DNA of 64,000 bases from Pristiophorus japonicus (lineage: Eukaryota), in NCBI RefSeq assembly GCF_044704955.1, contig NC_091984.1, forward strand, positions 218,488,001 to 218,552,000, in the 5' to 3' direction. The notes beneath the pieces were generated by a model that saw only the letters and a program-made list of their open reading frames with translations, was not told the DNA's origin and did no database searches. Both the position numbers and the translations under genes were made by a program. Of the stretch, positions 50,720 through 63,825 are shown in pieces; position 1 is the first letter of the stretch; every line of letters begins with the position of its first letter.

Positions 50720-52430
50720 ATTTAAGAACATAAGGACATAATAGTTAAGAGCAGGAATAGGCCATGCGGCCCCTCGAGCCTGCTCCGCCATTCAATAAGA
50801 TCATGGCTGATCTTCGACCTCAATTCCACTTTCCCCACCCCGCCACTCCCACTCCGATCTCCACATCCCTTGATTCCCCGAGAGTCCACAAATTACCCAC
50901 AGTCCTTTGGGGTAGAGAATTCCAAAGATTCACCACACTCTGAGTGAAGAAATTCTTACTCCTCTCAGTCTTAAATGGCCGGCCCTTTATATTGAAACTG
51001 TCCCCCTAGTTCTAGACTCTCCAGCCAGGGCAAACAACCTGTCAGCATCTACCCTCTCAATCCTCCTCAGAATCTTACATCTTTCAATGAGATCGCCTCT
51101 CATTCTTCTAAACTCCAAAGAGTATAGGCCCAATCTAATCAATTTCTCTTCATCCCAGAATCAATCTAGTGCACCATTTTGCAACATCTCTAAGGCAAGT
51201 ATATCCTTCGTCAGATAAGGAGACCAAAACTGTGCACAGTACTCCTGATGTGGTTTCACCAAGGCCCTGTACGATTGTAGCAAGACTTCCTAACTCTTGC
51301 ACGCCAATCCCCTTGCAATAAAGGCTAACACGCCATTTGTCTTCCTAATTGCATGCTAACTCTGTGTTTCCTGTACGAGTACACCTAAATCTCTCTGAAC
51401 ACCAACATTCATAGTTTCCCACCATTTAAAAAATATTAGATTTTTCTACTCTCCCTACCAAAATGAATAACCTCACATTTCCCCATATTATACTCCATCT
51501 GCCCACTCACTTATCCTGTCTATGCCCCTTTGAAGGCTCTGTATGTCCTCACAGCTTAGGCCTAAGCATTGATCCTTGCGGCAACCCACTAGTTAGGGCC
51601 TGCCAACCTGAAAGTGACCTGTTTATCTCTACTCTCTGTTTTCTCCATCTGTCACCTTGTTGCCCACTCACTTAACCTGTCTAGTCCATATTTGAATCTC
51701 TCCAATCCGGGTTCCGCGCCTGACACATTACCGAATGGCTCTCATCAATGTCACAAATTACATCCTTTCTGTCTGTGACAAAGGCAAACTATCCCTCTTG
51801 TGCTGTGTTTCGGTGTTTTAGGGGCTTATTCTCATTGATGGTAATGGGAGCCCGTACAGAGTTCCCATTTTTATCAATGAGAATACTAGATAGTGATTGG
51901 TGATCCCGGCCCACATGATTCCAGCTGATGCATCCGTACATGAAGGACAGGTTCCCGGACGCTGCGCAGCAAATGAAGGCCTCAGACCAGAATCCTACCT
52001 TCCTCCGGGACCAACAGGTATTTTCATAGATTTTTTTCAAATCAGAGGCATTCGTACGAAGGAAGCCTCAGACCACAATTTTTGGCCTATTGTGATTTTG
52101 TCAGTGTCCTGTTAACAGTTCCTTAATAATGGATTCCAGCATTTTCCAGACAACTGATGTCAGGCCTGTGGTTCTCTGTTTTTTCTTTCCCTCCTTTCTT
52201 GAATAGCGGTGTTACATTTGCTACTTTCCAAAGCGCTGGGGCTATTCTAGCATCTCGGTAATTTTGGAAGTTCACAACCAATGCATCCAATATCTCGGCA
52301 GCCATCTCTTTTAGAACCCTAGGCTACAGACCATCAGCTCCAGGGGATTTGTTAGGTTTTAGGCCCATTAGTTTCTCATGTACTTTTTCTCTATTGATCT
52401 TAATTACTTTAAGTTCCTCACTCTCAATTC
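50720..52430 (-). mobile_element. Degenerate CR1 (paralog of 8600-10120)
   Basis: Colinear with 8600-10120, with an internal replacement at about 51690-52110. Confidence 0.8.
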
Positions 52431-53164
52431 CCTCAGTGTCTATTCACATGGGAATTTTGGCTGCCACTCTGGACCCGAGCTTCTATTTTTCCCATGCTGC
52501 TTTGCTGCACCAAGTTAGGATTACAAGGTTTGTGGCCTGCAAGCGATGCCCATATAACTAATCAATATTGGAAACTTCTGGCCAGCTATGCCTTAGCACT
52601 GTTCCCCAGGCCGCTGATCACCCCACCATTAGTGTTCTGGCGAGGCCCCCACCCCAAGTGCCAACCCGCCCCTTGCCCCCCGCTATCCCCACAAATGGCA
52701 GCACACCCGTCCCACAATGCCGCACCTCCTGTTGAGCATCCTCCTTTCTCCCCTGGTTCACAACACGTTTCGAGTAAGCACGAGACTTCATAGTGGAGTA
52801 TACGGAACAGACTTTATTGATTTTCAGTAAAGGTGATCGTCTTAACTGTATACAGAGAGTGAATGCACCAGTTTCTGTATCTTTCGAGTACAATCTGACA
52901 AACTGTTGAAAATCATGATCCTGCTGACCTTTAGCATCAAGCCTCAGTTAGTGAGGAACTGGTGGGGGGTGGGGGAGGGGTTGTCCATGAAGTGTGGAAG
53001 ATGTCTGTGTGTGAGTTTGTTTAACTTGGGGTGACTGTTGCACACCAGCTACCACACGGGTTTGACGGAGCAAGGTCTTTGGTCCAGTGGCAAGGGCGTC
53101 CAAGCCGACTGGAGACCAGGCTCCACTGTATGGGCCTAGAACATACAAACACACATACTCCTAC

Positions 53165-56100
53165 TGTTATGTCTTGAATAAAGAATCTGACCAGATACTG
53201 TAAGCTCAAAGTAATGTGTGACCGTAGTCCTTTATTACAGGTCTCCAGAGTGCCTGTCCAGCCTGTGAGGCCTCCTTATGTACATGATTGTGGGATTGCT
53301 TGGGACTCCAGAGGATGAGCTCTCTGGTAGTTAGTTAAACAAGGTATTTACAGATTTACATATATAACAACACTCCCCCCCCCCCCCCCTTCCCACAAAG
53401 TCAATAGTGTAACTATTTACAATGTGAGTCGATCTGGGAACTTCCTTTCCCTGGTTGATTGTCTCTGTGCAAATGCTGGTTTTGGTGGGCTGCTGCGCAG
53501 CTGGCCTTGCAGGGCTGCTGGGTGTGGTGAGTCCTGCTGGGCTGCTGCAGGTGATGGGTTCTGCTTCGTGGTCAACCGCTGGGTCGGTTGCCACTTGTGT
53601 GTGTTGGGGGGGTTGAAAAAGTTAAGAGTCTATTGTGGGTTGTTCTGGATAGTCCGTGAATCTGAGTTTGGTTTGGTCCAAGTGTTTTCTGCAGGTGAAT
53701 CCATTTGAAAGTTTGACCAGAAACACCCTACTCCCCTCTTTGGTCCCGACAGTGCCGGGATGCCACTTGGGGCCTTGTCCATAGTTCAACACAAATACAG
53801 GATCATTAATCTCGATTTCGCGTGACACATTTGCGCGATCATGATATGTATTCTGTTGAAACCGCCTGCTCTCTACCTGTTCGTGTAGATCAGGGTCGAC
53901 TAACAAGAGCCTTGTCTTAAGTGCCCTTTTCATGAGCAGTTCAGTGGGGGGAACCCCAGTGAGCGAGTGGGGTCTTGTGCAGTAACTAAGTAGGACTCGG
54001 GATAGGTGAGTCTGCAGTGAGCCTTCAGTTACCCTCTTCAAGCTCTGCTTGATTGTTTGCACTGCTCACTCTGCCTGTCCATTGGACGCTGGTTTAAACG
54101 GGGCAGATTTGACATGTTTGATCCCATTGTGGGTCATGAACTCGTGAACTCGGCACTGGTGAAGTACTGCCGATTCTCACTCACAAGGAAATCAGGCAGG
54201 CCGTGCGTGGCAAACGTGGCCCGCAGGCTTTCAATGGTGGCAGCGGACGTGCTTGCCGACATTATCTCACATTCAATCCATTTTTCCCAAGAACGGGCCT
54301 GCATAGTCGACATGGACCCTGGACCTCGGTTTGGAGGGCCAGGACCATCAACATAGTGACGCCTCCCTGGGTGCATTGCTTAACTGTGAACATGTGTTAC
54401 ATTTGTGCACGCAAGACTCTAAGTCTGCATCGATACCGGGCCACCACACGTGGGATCTGGCTATCGCTTTCATCATTACAATGCCTGGGTGGGTACTGTG
54501 GAGGTCACTAATGAAATACCTGTGAACTCATCCCTTTTTGGCGTGGAAGCAAGTCTAGGAACTGCCTATGATAATGAATGAAAGTGTCCTTGCCCTTTTT
54601 TGGCACTACTACCCAATTACCCCATAGGAGGCAGTCTGCCTGTATGGACATTTCATCTCTGCGCCATGGTACGGCTTTATTTCTTCCTGCATCTCTAATG
54701 GGACACTAGACCAACTCCCGTGGAGCACACAGTTTATTACTAAGGACAGTAAGGGGTCCTGGCTCGTCCAGGTTCTAATCTGTCGGGCAGTAACAGGTGA
54801 TTGCTCACTCTCGAATGCTTCCATTACCATTGTTATATATGTGGGCTTGTAGTTACTCTGTACAGCCACCAGAGGGCTCATCCCCTGGAGTCCCAAGGGA
54901 TCCCATAATCGCTTGGGAGCACAGGTATTTAAGGAGGCTTCACAGGTTGGAGAGGCACTCTGAAGACCTGCAATAAAAGACTAAGTTCACACTTTACTTT
55001 GAGCTCACTGTGTTCAGTCTGACTCTTTATCCATACACAACAACCATAACTAAATCTGTGGTCTGTGCCATCTCCAGCCCTGTGGTGGGCAATGGCAGCC
55101 GACTGAGAGCATCGGCACAGTTTTCTGTGCCTGGCCTGTGGCGGATGGCGTGGTTGTATGCGGACAACGTGAGCAGCCATCTCTGAATGCGGGCCGATGC
55201 ATTTGTATTTATCCCCTTACTTTCAGAAAAGAGGGATATAAGTGGCTTATGGTCGGTTTCCAATTCAAATTTGAGCCCAAACAGATATTGATGCATTTTC
55301 TTTGCCCCCATAAACACACGCTAATGCTCCTTTTTCGATCATGCTGTATGCCCTCTCAGCCTTCGACAGACTTCTGGATGCATAAGCAACCGGTTGCAAT
55401 TTCCCAGATTCATTAGCTTGTTGCAATACACACCCGACACCGTATGACGATGCATCACATGCTAGTACCAAATGCTTACATGGATCATACAACACAATTT
55501 GTTTGAGCATAAGTTTCCTAGCTTTCTCAAAGCATTTTCTTGGCTTTTACCCCATATCCATTCATCTCTTTTACGCAGTAAAGAGTGCAGGGGTTCTAAC
55601 AATGTGCTAAGACCCGGTAAGAAGTTACCAAAGTAGTTCAGGAGTCCTAGAAACGACCGCAGCTCCGTCACGCTCTGTGGTCTCAGTGCATTCTTGATTG
55701 CCTCCGTCTTCGAATCGGTGGGCCTGATGACGTCCACCGTGATTTTTCTCACCAGGAACCCCACTTCAGGTGCCAGGAAAACGCACTTCGAGCATTTTAA
55801 CCTGAGCCCCATACGATTAAGCCGACTAAGAACCTCCTCCACGTTCTGCAGGTGCTCGAAGGTGTCCCGACCTATAACCAAGATGTCATCCTGGAAGACC
55901 ACGGTGCGTGGGACCGACTTCAGCAAGCTTTCCATGTTCCTCTGGAATATCGCCACGGCTGATCGAATCCCAAGCGGGCATCTGTTGTAAATGAAGAGAC
56001 CTTTGTGCGTGTTGATGCAGGTTAGGCCCTTTGATGATTCCTCCAGCTCCTGCGTCATGTAGGCCGCCGTCAATTCCAGCTTCGTGAACGTTTTTTCTCC

Positions 56101-57938
56101 CGCCAGCGTCGCAAATAGGTCGTCTGCCTTTGGTAGTGGGTATTGATCCTGCAGGGAGAAACGATTGATAGTTATTTTGTAGTCACCACAGATTCTGACG
56201 GTGCCGTCTTCCTTGAGGGCTGGAACAATTGGACTGGCCTACTCGTTGAATTCATCGGCGAAATGATGCCCTCTTGTTGCAGCCGGTCCAGTTCGATCTC
56301 CACCCTCTCTCTCATCATGTACGGTACCGCTCTCGCCTTGTGATGGATTGGTCGCGCCCCCGGAATTAGGTGGATCTGCACTTTTCCTCCTTGGAACTTC
56401 CCGATGCCCGGTTCGAACAGCGAGGGGAACATGTTTAGGACCTGTGCACATGAAGTGTCGTCGACGGACGAGAGCGTTCGGACGTTGTCCCAGTTCCAGC
56501 GTATCTTTCCCAGCCAGCTCCTGCCGAACAGTGTGGGGCCATCGCCCGGTACCACCCAGAGTGGTAAATTGTGCACCTCTCCATCGTAGGAGACCTTTAC
56601 GATAGTACTGCTGATTACGGGAATCAGTTCCTTTGTATACGTTCTCAGTTTAGTATGAATGGGAGTCAGGACTGGCCTCGAGGCCTTGCTGCACCACAAT
56701 TTATTGAAAGTCTTTTTGCTCATTATGGACTGGCTCGCGCCCATGTCCAACTCCATTGACACCGGGAGTACATTTAATTCAACCTTCAGCATTATCAGGG
56801 GACACGTTGTGGTAACTATGTGCACCCATATACCTCTGCCTCCTCAATCTGAGACTCTGGTTTGTCGTGATCCACCGTGGATCTGTCCTCCTCTGCAACA
56901 TGGTGGTTTGCAGGATTAGCAGGGTTTGCAGCTCGCCTGCACAAACGTTGGAGGTGTCCCATTGTTCCACAGCCCTTGCAAACATATCCTTTGAAGTGGC
57001 ATGACTGGAAACAATGATCACCTCTGCAGCGCCAACAAGGTGTTGATGGCCTAGCATTCACCACCCTTGTGGTGGACTCTGAGACATCTGCGGACGTGCA
57101 GCTGCAGGTGTGTGAGTCCTGCCCTTCAATTCGAAAACAACATTACTTGGTTCACAGTACTTGCAGCAGCACTCATGTGCAGAGAGATTTGTTTGGTATT
57201 ATCACTGGTGGCTTTACTCAAGGTTGGGGTCTCTCCAGTCAAAAGTTTGTGAAGTATTACTTCATGGCCAATGCCAAGTACAAAGAAGTCCCCGAGCATG
57301 TGCTCCAAGTGTCCTTCAAATTCGCAATGTCCTGCAAGGCATCTTAGCTCGGCAACGTAGCTATCCACTTCCTGGCCTTCAGACCTCGTGTATGTGTAGA
57401 ACCGGTACCTTACCATCAGAACGCTTTCCTGAGGGTTTAGATGCGCCCAGACCAGTGTGCACAAATCATCATATGACTTCTCTGTGGGTTTCGCTGGAGC
57501 GAGCAGATTTTTCATGAGGCCATACGTTGGTGCCCCGCAAATGGTGAGGAGGCTCGCTCTTCGTTTGGCAGCGTTCGCTTCTCCTTCCAGCTCGTTGGCC
57601 ACGAAGTATTGGTCGAGTCGATCCACAAAGGTTTCCCAATCATTTCCCTCCGAAAATTTCTCCAGGATGCCTACGGTTCTCTGCATTATTGTGGTGGGGT
57701 TCGTCGTCTGTATCTCGTTGCCAGTTGTTATGTCTTGAATAAAGAATCTGACCAGATACTGCAAGCTCAAAGTAATGTGTGACCGTAGTCCTTTATTACA
57801 GGTCTCCAGAGTGCCTCTCCAGCCTGTGAGGCCTCCTTATGTACAGGTGCTCCCAAGGGATTGTGTGATCCCTTGGGACTTCTGGGGATGAGACCTCTGG
57901 TGATTAAAGAAGATATTTACAGGTTTATATAGATAACA
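53165..57938 (-). mobile_element. Ty3/Gypsy LTR retrotransposon; LTRs 53165-53369 and 57726-57938
   Basis: TG...CA LTRs, PBS TGGCAACGAG, TSD CCTAC/CCGAC; gag/PR/RT/RH/IN fragments. Confidence 0.92.
54831..55042 (+). mobile_element. Solo Gypsy-type LTR nested in Gypsy pol
   Basis: TGTTA...CAACA termini; TSD ACCAT (54826-54830 / 55043-55047). Confidence 0.85.
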
Positions 57939-58218
57939 CCGACTGTCCTCCTTTCTCCGTTCCGCAGACCCCTCTCCCTGGGTTTCACAGGACGTAGTGG
58001 CGGCCTCACAACCTCACCGTTGGCCTGTGCTGCGCCGCTCCTGGGCCACGACCCCGCTCCTGAGCCTCGACATCCATTTCTCGCCACTTCCGACCTCCTG
58101 GCCTTGCCGACCGCCAGGCCTCCCGCTGCTCTCCGATCTCCGGGCATCCCGCTGCCCTCCGACCTCCGGGCCTCCCGCTGCCCTCCTACGCTCCCTCTGT
58201 TCTCCAACCTCCGGGCCT

Positions 58219-58442
58219 GAAATGAAACCGAAACCAAAGAGTCAAGTTTCGAGGAAATGGAAACAGATTTGGTGTTGACGTGAAGACATCTCTAAAGTGA
58301 TCATTCTACAACTATAAACTTTGGACTGGGTGTGGTTGCAAATCAGTGACGTACATGACATTTCATGGTTAGAAACATTTTTCTAATTGTGCCTTACAAT
58401 TTTTAGAATATTTGAAGGCGGGGTCAGCAGCTGGTTTATAAG
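58219..58442 (+). promoter_or_regulatory. OAS copy 3 promoter: triple-GAAA ISRE GAAATGAAACCGAAACC (58219-58235), GAGGAAATGGAAAC (58251-58264), TATAAG
   Basis: Close to the mammalian ISG15-type ISRE core GAAACCGAAAC. Confidence 0.75.
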
Positions 58443-58486
58443 CAGGCTGTTGTCACACCAAGCTCACTTCTGTGAAAGCTGGGACG

Positions 58487-58657
58487 ATGGCGTTATACGG
58501 AACTGAACCCAAGAGGTTGGACGATTTCATTAAAACTAATCTGGAGCCGGATGCATTTAACGTTGAAGTGAGGAACGCTGTGCACAGGATCTGTGAATTT
58601 TTGAAGAATCGGTGTTTTATCAAACGACCCGAGATCAAAGTAATCAAAGCTGTTAAA
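58487..58657 (+). CDS. OAS: OAS/OASL-like copy 3, exon 1
   Basis: MALYGTEPKRLDDFIKTNL...KVIKAVK; donor GTAAGC. Confidence 0.92.
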
Positions 58658-59260
58658 GTAAGCGATTTTATTTGTAATGAATAATACTTAATGAGTAGTG
58701 TTTACAATAAATTACTATTTAAAATATCAGATACCTTCCCTTGTTTATCAATGGAGGTGTTTTCTGATGTAATTGCTCATTTTTACTGATTTTAAACATT
58801 AACTTTCCTGTTTTCTGCGCTGAGCTCCTTCTGTCCAGACGGTGCAGACTTGCCGTGAGATACAGACCCACGGGCACCAGCTGCCTCCGGTACCCCCCCC
58901 CAGGTTAACGGGACTGGCTGGCATCGCCGGAATCTCCTGCAAATTCTGTGCCTTAACGCAATGTAAATGTGCCATTATAATGGCGCAAGTTTCCTAAAAA
59001 TCTCACCCAATTAATTGGGGATGCTTTGCCTAAAGGGACAGAAAGTTTTTGATCTGCTTGTTGTAAAGTTTCAGCGGCTTTAGTGGTACTCCTGATGAAG
59101 ACAAAGTTCACTTTAAATCTGCTCCTCTGACAGAATGACATTTAGATGCAAATCTCTCCAAAGTTCAGTGTGCTTTAAATCTTCTCCTTTCAAAATCAGC
59201 AGCTTTTGTTTCCTTAAAGGGCCAGCATGTATTTAATTTTTTTTCATCTGAAGCAATAAA

Positions 59261-62200
59261 GGGCTAGAACCTCCACTTTTTTTGCATGCGTAACGCCCAC
59301 TTAACGCCCATTTTGCTGCTGAAATGACATATAACGCCCATTTTGGCACAAAATGGAAACTGACGGGCATTTTTAGGAAACTTATCGCCGAGCGTTAATT
59401 TACCCATGTGTTTAACGCCGGGAAAATATATTACCGCCCGCATACTTTTTTGGGGCGGAATCATCAGAATGGGTGAAATGAACACCCATAATATCACCCA
59501 GCGCTACTTTCCACATGGAATTAACGCCGAGATTCAATAATACCGCCCGCCCACTTTTTTTTTGTGGTAAAGAGCACATCTGGCTAAACTAACGCCCAGG
59601 AGATCGCCACCGTCACTTTCACCACTTCGCCCAAAAAAATGCCCACAAAAGGTGAAACTGTTCTGAACGAACGCAAGCGGTGTGGCTGGCATTTTTAAAT
59701 CACATGTCGCTTCATTCAAAAGACTGCTTCAACTTTGGGGGAGTTTGCATTGACTCTCGAGTTCTTCTCAGGTGAAGTGAACATCTCAACAGACATATTT
59801 TCAGACTCTGGACTATTGGGGGTTTACTCTCGGTGTATTTTAGTGAGGAAATCATTGCTTCTGATCAATCACTATTATACTTTCAATGCAATGGGGCCAC
59901 CAAACAATAACTGTGCTTAAGCAGCACTTCAGATGTCTTGACTACTCAGGAGGGGAGCTACAATACAACCCTGAGCAAGTAGCTAAATTCGTGGTCGTGT
60001 GCTCCAAGCTGCACAACCTGGCTATCGGGAGGGGCCAAGAATTGCCAGAAGGCACTGATGCTCCACCTCGGGAGAGAGAGGAAGAGGACGATGAGGGGCT
60101 GGACGCTGACCTAGAGCCAGACAATCAGGCTGGCTGTGCAACCATGCCCACGACTCCCTCCAGACCATAGGAAACGGCCCGTGGTGGCTACATAGCTGCA
60201 AAACTCTTACGCGAGGAGTTGATATCTGAACGATTTGCCTGAAAGAGCGTTGATGTGAGTGACAATACTGACACACTGCTGTGTGTGTGCAGCTCAGACA
60301 TCAATGGTGCCCATCACCTTGATGCCAGTTAAAGTTTACGTTGATTGAAGTTAAGTTGTATTTAACCCTTTCATGTTAAGGAATCACCAGCCTGTAATGG
60401 TCCAGCTATCTGAGACAATGCGCAACAAGGTTATGTTCAATAGCAAAAATTTTATCTCAACATTGGTCTGCAATCATAAGTATCACAGGCAATAACAACC
60501 AACCCCTGCCCACACTCCACTTTTTCTACCATTGACATCAATCAAATGTTCAACATGTCCAGCAACACAGAATACAAAGGCAAAGCAGGAGGATGGTCCC
60601 CAGCCCCCATACATTACAACAAATTGCATACACCCAGATGGAGATAAAGCACAGCCATCACCTGCGGACATGCACCTCATTTTCCTTCCCCCCTCCCCTT
60701 CTTCTCCCCACCTCTACCCCTTCCCCTCCTCGCTCCACGGCGCCTGGCCGAAGAGCTCCTCAGGTGGTGCCTCATTGGGGGGGATGAAGGCAGATGCGGT
60801 GGTTGCATGGGTACGGGAGCAGGGGTTGCCGAGGGGACAACATTCTCTGATGCAGAAACAGGATCTTGGTCCTAGCTCTCATCTGTCGTTTGCAGTGGTG
60901 GTGCGGAGCCTAAGGGTGGAGTGCCGCGCTTGGAGACCACTGGGAGGCCTGTGGCAGCAGTGTGACATCCAGGGCCTCAGCCATCCGCGAAATGTGCTCA
61001 GTCATGGTGGCCAGCTGTTGGGATATGCCCCCCCAATGCTTCGCTGAGCTGGTCACCAATGTTTACAGTCCTCCTGGTCACATGTACCATCTCTCCGCTC
61101 TCATCTGACACGCGTGGAACAGACTTGCCACGTCCACAAGGCCTCCGCGGGGTTGGCGCAGTCCTGGGGACAAATGGGGTGCCCTGTGGCGAGGTGGTGG
61201 GACCGGTACTTCCAGAGTGGAGGCGGGAATGACCAGAGGACCACTTGAGGTGGAATGTCTTCTGGAGCGTGGCGATGCAGGTTCCTCGAAGTTCGGGCTC
61301 TCATCTGTGGAGAATAGACCCAGCGGATTGACGGGCGAGAATTGGACCTCCTCAGCACCAGATGTTGGATCATCCGGAGAGTCGTGTCCCACTCCCCCAC
61401 CTTCTGGCCTCTGTGGTCTTGCCTTGGGACACACTGCTGGCTAAGCTGCAAAACACAAATTAGGTTATTAGAGGAGAAGGGGATGCTAGAGTTACAAGGT
61501 GAGTTCACTGCTACACACAGCATATATGCACAACAAAAGCACCACTGCTCTCAAAATCATTGCAGACATCACATTTCATGACCATCAACACATTTGCATT
61601 GCAATGATTTTCATTAGGCCAGCATTATTTCTATGACAATTTTCGAAATCATCTATCATATATGATTGTTCGAATATGAGTGGGTGTGGCATCTATTGAA
61701 TTTACATCATGCAATGGTGTAAGCTTTACTCACGTGGCATTACTTTAGGTCTGCGGATGCGTCTGTGGCTGTCCGGGGGTGCTTCCCCACGAGTGTGAGC
61801 ACCTGCTCCTCCATCTCAGTGATGTTGCTGGGCACTGGTGGACCCCCACCCGTTCGCCTCTGCATGGACCTCATCGGCGATAGCTTCTTCTGTAAAAGGT
61901 GACAGGACGACATGGCATGAGATCATTGCATGATATCATTACTAGGTACTGTCACAGAGACTGATACAACACATAACCGACAGATATATTCATCATTATT
62001 ATGAAAATTATCATTCTTTACCTAAAGACGTGCACTGTGACCGTAGGCTTTGAGTAAAACATTCCCGGTTAAAGTAAAAGATCTCACACCTGCTGATAGT
62101 CACTCATGACTGTTACAAATCAAATTATATAAATACATAAGTACATGTAAATCAATGTAATACTTACTCTTGTGGATCCCACAAGGTCGTTCCATCGTTT

Positions 62201-62917
62201 GCGGCATTGGTTGCCCTCACGCACCTCGTTGGTCGCCGACGAGACCACCGCTGCTATCTCGGTCCATATCCTCTGGTAGGCCTTTGGGGTGGGCTTCCCA
62301 CGCCCTCCCTGTGTCAAATCACCCCGGCGTGACTCGACCTCCTGCAGGTGGGAAGCATTTGCATCGTCCGAGAACCTCCTGGTTCTTTTGCGCCCCCCAA
62401 TGTGCTCCTCTCCCACCTTACTGCTCTCTTCAGTGTCAGTCTCCACAGCATGCTGTGATGCCTCCTCCTCTCTCTCCATTATAGGCCAAATTCGGGTAAA
62501 TATGTGGCTGGTAACAGCTAATTTTTGTTTGCCTACTTGCTGTGAAGTTCTAAAGTCTCCCTCCTTCCTCCCAAAACAGTCACACCACACCCAGATACTC
62601 CTTCAGTCCCTCTGAGCTCCCTCTCTCTCTGTCTCCTCTTCTGCGCATGTCATGATGACCCTTGAGCTCCTGAATCATGAAAATCGGATGTTGCCATGCC
62701 GTTGATAAGAATGGCCACACTTTACAGCAGAAGGTCAAAAAAATGTAACGCTACCGCCCATTTTATATCGCCTGCGGTAACACTTATTTTCAAAAATGGA
62801 GACTAGATGCTTTGAGAATGGGCGAGAAGCCGGCAATCTGAAAACCCTTTTTTAACACCCATGCCGGAAATATTGCCCATTTTTGGACAATAACCACAAA
62901 AGTGGAGATTCTAGCCC
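59261..62917. mobile_element. PIF/Harbinger DNA transposon in copy 3 intron 1 (deleted transposase, spliced Myb/SANT gene)
   Basis: 20-bp TIRs GGGCTAGAA(C/T)CTCCACTTTT; HARBI1-like C-terminus LKQHFRCLDYSGGELQY...SKLHN (+ strand, about 59900-60240); convergent Myb/SANT-like ORF. Confidence 0.9.
61734..62479 (-). CDS. Harbinger Myb/SANT-like DNA-binding protein, exons 62479-62168 and 61889-61734 (a further exon starts near 61446)
   Basis: RRFSD...IWTEIA..VSS...R...QCRKRWNDL spliced (GTAAGT / ttttacag) to KK...RRTGGGPP. Confidence 0.75.
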
Positions 62918-63825
62918 ATAGTATTATTTGAAATACAAATTTCAGGTTATTTGAAATACAAATTTCAGGTTATTTATCAATCAAATATACTTCACAATTT
63001 GGGAAAGGATGTGAGTATTGCTCCCTGAATACACCCCCCACCACCCCTCCCAATGCTGCCTCCATTCATCCTATCTCCAGTCAGCTACAATGAAGAAATA
63101 GTGAGTCTGTCACATAAACTCTAGTATAAGGGAAGGAGAGAGCAGACCACAGATAGGTGGTAGTTCATGGCATCACCCTATTTGAACCTGTTCACTTTGA
63201 AAATGGTCACATGACAAGTATCAATAGCCCTCATTTGCATCATGATTTTTATTCTCGTGCTTAAACAGCATGTTGTTTGGCAGATTCTGACTTGGTACTC
63301 GCTCTGTCAGTGGCTAATGCAGTAAATCCAACAAATTAATCCAATTCCCCAAATACGGTAACACCACTCATTTGAAAGTAGATGATGTGTTAAAATTGAC
63401 CATAATACTCCACACAAGAATGCAACTCTCTGCCTAGTGATCCCACTCCCGTTCACCTTCCAGTCACCTTTGCTGGAAAGTCTGCATGTGTCCAGTGAGG
63501 GCAAAATTGGTTTGTGGCGCCTTCAGTCTAAGATTATACTTGAAGGATGGTTACTTAGGGGAATTGATGAAGAGTGCTCGTGGAACTGTGTCCCATCAAG
63601 AGTCAGCAACTTCAGGCAAAGAGGAAGGGAAATGGTAGCAAAAATTGTATCAATGCTAATTCTGGGCATAATACAACGATGCAGATAATCTGCATTGTCT
63701 CATTGGTTGTTCAAGACTGAAGAATATCAATACGGTCATTTTTTGTACAGGATTTCTGGAATGTGTCAATTCACCAGCAGCAGAAAGAGTCAGAAATAAT
63801 TGTCTATTTTTCTTCCTCTCCTCAG

